A DNA stretch of 64,000 bases. It comes from Squalus acanthias. Its lineage: Eukaryota. Where the stretch lies: assembly GCA_030390025.1 (NCBI GenBank), contig CM059432.1:82772001-82836000 (forward strand), in the 5' to 3' direction. Below, piece by piece: positions 55,549 through 64,000 of the stretch. The position numbers and the translations under genes were made by a program. A model generated the notes under the pieces. The model saw nothing but the letters and a program-made list of their open reading frames with translations, was not told the origin of the DNA and ran no database searches. Numbering within the stretch: the stretch's first letter is position 1; every line of letters begins with the position of its first letter.

Positions 55549-56025
55549 GTTGCTTGACTGGTCTGTGGGACAGCTCTCCCAATTTTGGCACAAGTCCCCA
55601 GATGTTAGTGAGGAAGACTTTGTAAGGATGACTGGGCTGGGTGTGCCTTTGTCGTGTCCGAATCCGATACCTAGGTTGATGCCGGGTGGTCCGTCCGGTT
55701 TTATTCTTACTCTTTTCGTAGCAGCTTGCTCGGCCATATCAGAGAGCAGTTAAGAGTCAACCACATTGCTGTGGGTCTGGAGTCACACATAGGATGAGGA
55801 CGGCAGATTTGCTTCCCTAAAGGACATTAGTGAACCAGATGGGTTTTTACGACAATCCGATAGTTTCATGGTTACCATTACTGATGAGCTTTTTATTCCA
55901 GGTTTATTTAATTAACTGAATTTAAATTCCCCAGCTGCCGTGGTGGGATTTGAACTCACGTCTCTGGATCATTAGTCCAGGCCTCTGGATTACTAGTCCA
56001 GTAACATAACCAGTATGCTACTGTA
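55549..56025 (-). mobile_element. tRNA-derived SINE-like head joined to a LINE 5' region and endonuclease start
   Basis: Minus strand gtagcatactggttatg...gagttcaaatccca (A/B boxes), SINE body, then a frame reading KVFLTNIWGLVPKLGELSHRPVKQP (APE N-terminus-like). Confidence 0.65.
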
Positions 56026-56801
56026 CCTCCAAGTCCCTCCAATATGGTTTTTGGACCATTCACAGCACTGAGCTCAGCATCAACTCCAGGGCTGCTGTTA
56101 TACTTTCTGACTGAACGTCAACATCAAATCCTGGAGGAGTCAGAATTTCCTTCAGCTCTGTCAGCAAAATGGACAGTGACTGCTTCCTGGGGTAAAGTTT
56201 CACAGTTGCTGGTCAATCTCCGGGAAGTAGCCATTATTCACGTGTGGGCACAGACGGTGAAGGATATTCCACTGTGGGAAGCATCACAGCAGAGCTTGAC
56301 CCTATTTTCATGGTGATTCTACACATGGATCATATCGGCAGGAGCACTGGACAGTTCAGGAGCGTGAACCCTGGCCAGGTTTCTGCTCCCTATGTCAGGG
56401 CACCAAGGCCAATGGCAGTGATTCTAACAGACTGGAGATTGAACCTGTGATCTTCTGTCCGACATAGTAACTAATTGCCTTAACCAGCTGATCCTTTTTT
56501 ATATAAATGTGTAAATGGCAATGATTTACTTGTCTCTTCCTTATTTTTCCTTTTGCAAGTTGCTGCTCATCTATATTCAGCTGAGTAATTTTGTCTCCAA
56601 TATGCCCCATAAACAAATGCACAATGGATGTAACACTTCAGAAAATGGGTGGAAATTAGTCCTGTTAGATCTCTGCCGGTTTTGTGTCTCAGTCTGCTTA
56701 CCAGCAGAAGTGGGCTTCAGGTTTTTTTTCCCCCCAACAGCAAGATTTCCCAAAGGCCAGTGTGACATTGTTTGCATGTGTAGTTTTACACACATCACAC
56801 A

Positions 56802-57615
56802 ACTCGCCGGAAGGAGACACCCCGCGGAACAGACTCGCCGGAAGGAGACACCGCATGGAACAGACTCGCCGGAAGGAGACACCGCGGGACACACTCGCCG
56901 AAAGGAGACACCGCGGGACAGACTCGCCGGAAGGAGACACCGCGGGACAGACTCGCCGGAAGGAGACACCCCGTGGAACAGACTTGCCGGAAGGAGACAC
57001 CGCGGGACACACTCGCCGGAAGGAGACACCGCGGGACACACTCGCCGGAAGGAGACACCGCGGGACACACTCGCTGGAAGGAGACACCGCGGGACACACT
57101 CGCCGGAAGGAGACACCGCGGGACAGACTCGCCGGAAGGAGACACCCCGCGGAACAGACTCGCCGGAAGGAGACACCCCGCGGAACAGACTCGCCGGAAG
57201 GAGACACCGCGGGACAGACTCGCCGGAAGGAGACACCGCGGGACAGACTCGCCGGAAGGAGACACCCCGTGGAACAGACTCGCCGGAAGGAGACACCGCG
57301 GGACAGACTCGCCGGAAGGAGACACCGCGGGACAGACTCGCCGGAAGGAGACACCGCGGGACAGACTCGCCGGAAGGAGACACCGCGGGACAGACTCGCC
57401 GGAAGGAGACACCGCGGGACAGACTCGCCGGAAGGAGACACCGCGGGACAGACTCGCCGGAAGGAGACACCGCGGGACAGACTCGCCGGAAGGAGACACC
57501 GCGGGACAGACTCGCCGGAAGGAGACACCGCGGGACAGACTCGCCGGAAGGAGACACCGCGGGACAGACTCGCCGGAAGGAGACACCGCGGGACACACTC
57601 ACTGGAAGGAGACAC
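56802..57615. repeat. GC-rich minisatellite, about 28 units of 29 bp (actcgccggaaggagacaccgcgggaca(g/c)) with 31-bp variants
   Basis: Directly visible; the 3' block 57278-57567 is homogeneous. Confidence 0.98.
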
Positions 57616-60600
57616 ATTATAAGGAGGTCGGGACCCAGGAGTGAGGGCGGGACCCAGGGACGAGGACGAGGCCCAAGACCGAGGACGAGCCCATCAGTCA
57701 GGTCGGGGCCCAGGGAAGGTGCAGCACCGGCCAACAGCGAGGTTGGGAGGATCTCACTGCATCCTATGAAACCCAGGCAGAGAGGTCCTGCGGGAAGGAG
57801 GGAGGAGGACAGTCAGGAGTATGTTTGTGTGAGTGCGCTAGGCTGATGTAGCAGAGCCTGGTCTCCAATCGTCTTGGATCCCCTTGCCATTGGACCAAGA
57901 CCTTGCTCTGTCAAGCCCGTGTGGTAGCTGGTGTGCAACGGCCACCCCACGTTAAAAGAATTCACGCACAGGCATCTTCCACCCTTTATAATTAAGTTCG
58001 GGACCTGAAATTTCAGGACCCTCATGGACAACCGCAACAGCGACAGACCGGAACGCCGTACTGCTATCATTGCCCGGGAGCTCAGACGTTTCGACATAGA
58101 CATCGCCACCCTAAACGAGACCCAGGGGGCAGGGGAAGGCCAGCTCAAGGAGCAAGGCGGTGGTTACACCTTCTTCTGGAAAGGCAAACCTGAAGAAGAA
58201 CGTCGCCTCCATGGGATAGGCTTCGCCATAAAAAATTAGCTAGTTGAACATCTCAGAGACTCCCCTTGTGGAATAAACGAACGCCTCATGACTGTACGGC
58301 TCACCCCAGCCCGGACCCAGTGCGCTATGCTCATCGGTGCGTACACACCAACACTGGAAGCCACAGACGAGACCAAAGAGGAATTCTACTCCAGCCTCGA
58401 ACAATCCCTGTCCAGAGTCCCAACGGACGACAAGCTGATCCTCCTTGGCAACTTCAATGCCAGAGTTGGAAAGGACACAGTCCTCTGCGGAGGTGTGATC
58501 GGCAGAGAGGGGGTGGGGAAAGCCAACTCCAACGGTACCCTCCTCCTGACGAAATGCTTAGAACATGGCCTTGTCATAACCAACACCTTGTTCTGTCAGG
58601 GAGACAAGTACAAAGCTTCATGGCAACACCCTCGCTCCAAGCACTGGCACCTGCTGGACTACGTCATCGTCCGAGCGAGGGACCGCAAGGACGTCCGCAT
58701 CACCCGCGCCATGACAGGAGCTGACGACTCCTGGACAGACCACCGCCTAATCCGCTCTGTCTCTCCATCAACGTAGCCCCAAAACAATGGCGGCAACAGA
58801 AGCAATGCCGCAGGAAAATCAATGCTGGAGCACTCAAAGACCCTGCTAAGAAAGCCTTATTTAGCCTGCGCCTCACAACCAGCCTGATGACTCCCAGTGA
58901 TGCAGAGATACAGAGTGTCCACAGCGCCTGGTCTGCACTCAAGGCCTCCATAATCAGCACCTGTGAAGAGACGCTCGGTCACTTGAGCAGGAAACACCAA
59001 GACTGGTTCAACGAGAACGACCAGGAGATCCAGGAGCTAATAAGCCGCAAGCGCAAGGCATTCCTGATCTGGAAACAGCAACAGAACTCGAGAGCAAGAA
59101 AGCAGCTCTACAGACGCCTGAAGGCCGAGGTCCAACAAAAAAGTCGCGACCTAAAGAACAGATGGTGGGTGGAGAAAGCGCAGGAGATCCAGCAGCTAGC
59201 CGACAACCACGACGTGCGTGGATTCTTTAGCGCAGTCAAGGCCATCTACAACCCAAGCACCCAAGGTCTTACCCCGCTGCGGGCCAAGAACGGAGAGGTA
59301 CTCATCAAGGACAGAGAGGCAGTCAGTGCCGGCTGGAAGGAGCACTTCGAAGATCTCCTTTACCGAGACTCTGTCTTCGACGCGAGTGTCCTCAACTCCA
59401 TCCCGCAGCATGCTACCCGCCACCACCTCAGCACAACCCCAGCCCGGCATGAGGTTGAAAAGGCCATCTGATAACTGAAGAACAACACGTCCTCAGGAGC
59501 AGACGGAATCCCCGCTGAGGCGCAAAAACATGGCGGAGAAGCACTATTGGCACGAATACATGAACTCATTTCTCTTATTTGGAAGGAGGAGAGCATGCCA
59601 GGGGATCTCAGAGATGCCGTAATCGTGACCATCTTCAAGAAAGGTGACAAGTCCGATTGTAGTAATTACAGAGGCGTCTCCCTGCTGTCTGCCAAAGGGA
59701 AAGTCATCGCAAGAATCCTCCTCAATCGCCTTCTCCCAGTGGCTGAAGAGCTCCTCCCAGATTCACAATGCGGATTCTGCCCACTAAGGGGCACAATGGA
59801 CATGATCTTCACCGCGCGTCAACTACAAGAGAAATGCAGGGAACAGCACCAATCACTGTACATGGCCTTCTTTGACCTCACAAAGGCCTTCGACACCGTC
59901 AGCCATGAGAGATTATGAAGTGTCCTGCTCAAATTCGGCTGCCCTCAAAAGTTTGTCACCATCCTCCGCCTGCTTCACGCCGACATGCAAGCCGTGATCC
60001 TGACCAACGGATCCACCACAGACCCAATTCACGTACGGACCGGGGTCAAGCAAGGCTGTGTCATCGCACCAACGCTCTTCTCGATCTTCCTGGCTGCAAT
60101 GCTCCATCTCACCCTCAGTAAGCTCCCCACTGGAGTGGAGCTAATCTACAGAACAAACGGGAAACTGTTCAACCTCCGTCGCCTCCAGTCTAGATCCAAG
60201 GTCGTCCCATCCTGTCATCGAATTACAGTATGCAGACGACGCTTGCGTCTGCACACACTCTGAGGCCGAACTCCAAACCATCGTCAACACCTTCACCGAA
60301 GCGTACGAGAGCATGGGCCTTACACTAAACATCCATAAGACAAAGGTCCTCTACCAACCTGCCCCCGCCACACAGTACTGCTCCCCGATTATCAAAATCC
60401 ATGACGAGGCCTTGGACAACGTGGACCACTTTCCATACCTCGGGAGCTTACTGTCAACAACGGCAGACGTCGATGACGAAGTCCAACTCCGCCTTCAGTG
60501 TGCCAATGCAGCCTTCGGTCGCCTGAGGAAGAGAGTGTTTGAAGACCAGGACCTCAAACCCAGCACCAAGCTCATGGTCTACCGAGCAGTAGTGATACCC

Positions 60601-61228
60601 GCCCTCCTGTATGCCTCAGAGACATGGACCATGTACAGCAGGCACCTCAAAGCACTGGAGAGGTACCATCAACGCTGCCTCCGCAAGATCCTGCAAATCC
60701 ATTGGCAGGATAGGCGCACCAATGTCGGTGTTCTCGCTCAGGCCAACATCCCCAGCATCGAAGTTTTGACCATGCTCGATCAGCTCCGATGGACGGGCCA
60801 CATCGTCCGCATGCCCGATACGAGACTCCCAAAACAAGCGCTCTACTCGGAGCTCCGACACGGCAAGAGAGCCCCAGGTGGGTAGAGGAAACGCTTCAAG
60901 GACACCCTCAAAGCCTCCTTGAAAAAGTGTAACATCCCCACCGACATCTGGGACTCCCTGGCCCAAGCCCACACAAAGTGGAGGAGAAGCATTCGGGAAG
61001 GCGGCGAACACCTTGAGTCTCTTCGCCGGGAGCAAGTGGAAGCCAAGTGCAAACAGCAGAAGGAGCGCACGTCAAGCCAAGCACCCCACCCACCCGCCCC
61101 TTCAACCACCGTCTGCCCCACCTGTGACAGAGACTGTAGGTCCCGCATTGGACTCATCAGTCACCTGAGAACTCATTTTTAGTTTGGAAGCAAGTCATCC
61201 TCGGTTCCGAGGGACTGCCTAAAAAAAA
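57616..61228 (+). mobile_element. Near-full-length RTE-clade LINE (single APE-RT ORF with several stops/frameshifts)
   Basis: DIDIATLNET, LILLGNFNARVG, WTDHRLI, NYRGVSLLS, FFDLTKAFDTV, GVKQGCVIAPTLF, cagtatgcagacgac (QYADD), C-terminal CPTC...H; A tail at 61221-61228; 5' boundary uncertain. Confidence 0.92.
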
Positions 61229-61679
61229 CCACAACAGTGGTGCATTTATAAACTGTGAGTTACCAATCTGTCAATGTGCAGCTCGTCTGTAACCACCTGA
61301 ACAAGGTCATGCAGGTCAATGCCCACTTCCCCAGCAGCAATTATGATGCCTTAATTTTAAGGCATTCCACGCTGCCTCCATTATTTGATCCAGAAATAAA
61401 AATGTCATTATAGACCTTACAAAACCTGACTCATGACCTCTCTGCAGCAGCTTCTACTTGCTCCCTAGGTGGCTGGAGTATGTGAAGTAACTGGCTGCTG
61501 TGTTCTGAGGCTTTAGAGACTGAGGTGGCCCTCGACCTCTAAGTAGGGTCCTGAAATGGCCCAGTTTCAAGCTGCACCATTTTGACAGCTGCAGGGGTAA
61601 CCCAGTCCTGCCCACTTTCTCATACTTGTGGAGTTATTGGATGGGAGTGGTGGAAAGGTACAATTATGTTGTCATCCTG

Positions 61680-62400
61680 AGAAAGAGCAATGTCAACCAC
61701 AGACATTCCACACATATCTGTGTACTGGACACGGTCTCAATATGCCCACTGATCTGTGACACAGGAGCCCCGATTATCAGCATTAAGATTAGTAAAACCC
61801 CCAGCAATGGTTGTCTCCATGTGATCAGGAACCCTGTCACAGAGAAGACGACAGTGGACCCAAAATCTAAGCATTCATAAAAGAAGCAAAGAAGTCCCTT
61901 AGTACCTTCGCAGATATCCCTGGAGCTGCCAATGTGTTCCATGGGTGGATTGCAGAGTTTCTATCTTCTGCATCAACACAGCACACATGCAAGTTGTGGA
62001 CTCTTTCACAGCAACTGCCATGTGGTGAAAGGCTTGTCAATGACTCAAATGATCGTGGATGGTCTGAATGCAATCTTCTTTAAAAGTCCCCTGAGGTCTG
62101 TATCCATATCTTCATCAGCTGAGGGTGGAAGTGAACTGACCTTCCATGTCAGGTTCCTACTCCTCCTGTGCTACCGCCTTCTGCTCCTGCTCATTCAAGC
62201 TGTGGGTATCATCCAGTGCACTCTCCTCATTAGCAATACCCCCAGGGTGGATGTACCTGTGCCACTACTTTGCAGGATTAGATTGCGGAACACAGGGTAC
62301 TGTAAGGTGTAAGGTTCTTCCAGGTCACTGGCCCTTGACTCAGCTTCATGTGGCACACACAGCAATAGGAACAAGTGTTACAATGGTGGCAACTTGAGAT
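61680..62400. mobile_element. Possible very old Harbinger remnant
   Basis: Faint transposase-like peptides PVTEKTTV (cf. PAAVKVTL) and RYPWSC (cf. KFPGSC) on +; no TIRs found. Confidence 0.3.
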
Positions 62401-62504
62401 GTTGCATTCTGCTGAACAGGAATCACTTGTGATCAGGTGCCCCATATGTCAAGATGGCCAGCACTTGTATCACCTCTTTGTGTTCTCGACACCAATACAA
62501 CTTT

Positions 62505-62932
62505 GTCAGAAGGTTGTGGGTTTAAGTCCCACTCCAGGGACTTGAGCAAAAAAATCTAGACGGACACTCCAGTGCAGTGCTGAGGGAGTGCTGCACTGTC
62601 GGAGGTGTCATCTTTCAAATGAGACGTTAAACCGAGGCCCTGTTTGCTCTCTCAGGTGGACATAAAAGATCCCATGGCACTATTTTGAAGAGGAGCTGGG
62701 GAATTATCCCCCGTGTCCTGGCCAATATTTATCCCTCAACCAATATAATTAAAACAGATTATCTGGTCATTATCACATTGCTGCTTGTGGGAGCTTGCTG
62801 TGCGCAAATTAGCTGCCACATTTCCGGCATTGCAACAGTGACTACACTTCAAAAAGAACTTCATTGGCTGTAAAGCGCTTTGGGACATCCGGTGGTCGTG
62901 AAAAGCGCTATATAAATGCAAGTCTTTCTTTC
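62505..62932 (+). mobile_element. DeuSINE copy
   Basis: gtcagaaggttgtgggtttaagtcccactcc, Deu-like core, tail aaagcgctatataaatgcaagtctttc. Confidence 0.85.
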
Positions 62933-63019
62933 TAAAGACAGCTCAGTGCTCCTGTGCACCTTTATTGTTAAGTTCACACTTATCATAAGCCTGTGTCTCT
63001 CCTCCCTGAAGGTCTGTCC

Positions 63020-63744
63020 CTGGAACACAGGAACGGGAGTAGGCCATTCTGCCCCTCGAGCCTGTTCAACCATTCAATTAGATCATGGTTGATCTGTACC
63101 TTAACTCCATCTACCCGCCTTGGTTCCATATCCCTTAATAAAGTTACCAAAGAAAAATCTATCAAACTCAGTTTTGAAATTTTTGATTGACCTAGCCTCA
63201 ACATCTTTTTGGGGGAGAGAGTTCCAGATTTTCACTACCCTTTGTGTGAAGAAGTGTTTCCTGACATCCCCCCTGAACAGACGTGCTCTAATTTTAAGTT
63301 TATGCCGTCTTGTTCTGGACTCCCCCACCGGAGGAAAGAGTTTATCTACCCTATCTAATCCTTTAATCATCTTAAATACCTCAATTAGAAAACCTCTTAA
63401 TTTTCAATACACAAGGGAATACAAGCCTAGTCTATGCAACCTGGCCTCATAATTTAACCCTTTTACCCCTGGTACCATTCTGGTGAATCTGCACTGCAAT
63501 TCAAGGCCAATATATCCTTCCTGTGGTTAAGTGCCCAGAACTGAACGCAGTACTCTAAACGGGGTCTAACCAGAGCTTTATGTAACATAACTTCCACCTG
63601 TTTATATTCCAGCCCTGTTGAGATAAAGGCCAACATTTAATTACAACAACAACTTGCATTTATATAACACCTTTAATATAGTAAAACGTTAGCCTTTTAA
63701 ATTATTTCTTGTACCCGTCCACTAGCTTAGTGATTTCTGTACTT
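63020..63744 (-). mobile_element. CR1 3' fragment
   Basis: IKGLDRVD...RKHFFTQRVVKIWNSLP. Confidence 0.8.
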
Positions 63745-64000
63745 GGATGAGCGCAGATCCAACAACACTCAAGAAGCTCCACACCATCCAGGACAAAGTA
63801 GCCCACTTGATTGGCACCCCATCTACCACCTTAAACATCCACTCATCCACCACCGGCGTACCGTGGCTGCAGTGCGTACCATCTACAAGATGCACTGCAG
63901 CAACTCACCAAGACTTCTTCGGCAGCACCTCCCAAACCCGTGACCTCTTCCACCTAGAAGGACAAGGGCAGCAGGCGCATGGGAACACCACCACCTCCAA
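63745..64000 (+). mobile_element. CR1/L2-group LINE fragment, running off the window
   Basis: Near-identical to ~2757-3015. Confidence 0.85.

Noticed and set aside
56802..57615. CRISPR-like array, or long ORFs of 223-443 aa
   Set aside because: The units are contiguous with no unique spacers and there are no cas genes; the ORFs are open only because the repeat unit lacks stop codons.

Overview
Vertebrate nuclear DNA, most likely a cartilaginous fish (inferred from the repeat mix: CR1 with an esterase ORF1, DeuSINE/SacSINE1-like SINEs, L2, RTE, Penelope and many Harbinger elements). It holds one host gene: a complete, apparently intact PRDM14 orthologue on the minus strand. It has 7 coding exons at 32222-37078 (541 aa; pre-SET motif, PR/SET domain, six C2H2 fingers), a probable 5'UTR exon ending at 39361, and a CCAAT/CpG-rich promoter, all in a TE-poor island of about 10 kb. 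The flanks are nested transposons. On the left is a full-length CR1 carrying three insertions. There are two PIF/Harbinger families, each with a convergent transposase and a three-exon Myb/SANT gene; one copy keeps an uninterrupted transposase ORF. Also present are Penelope remnants with minimal hammerhead-ribozyme cores and a near-full-length RTE preceded by a 29/31-bp minisatellite. The most unusual signals are an RTE insertion with a twin-priming-type 5' inversion and an 11-bp TSD, a tRNA-SINE head fused directly to a LINE endonuclease start, and family-specific subterminal motifs plus a shared promoter module in the Harbingers. No prokaryote-type system (CRISPR etc.) is present.
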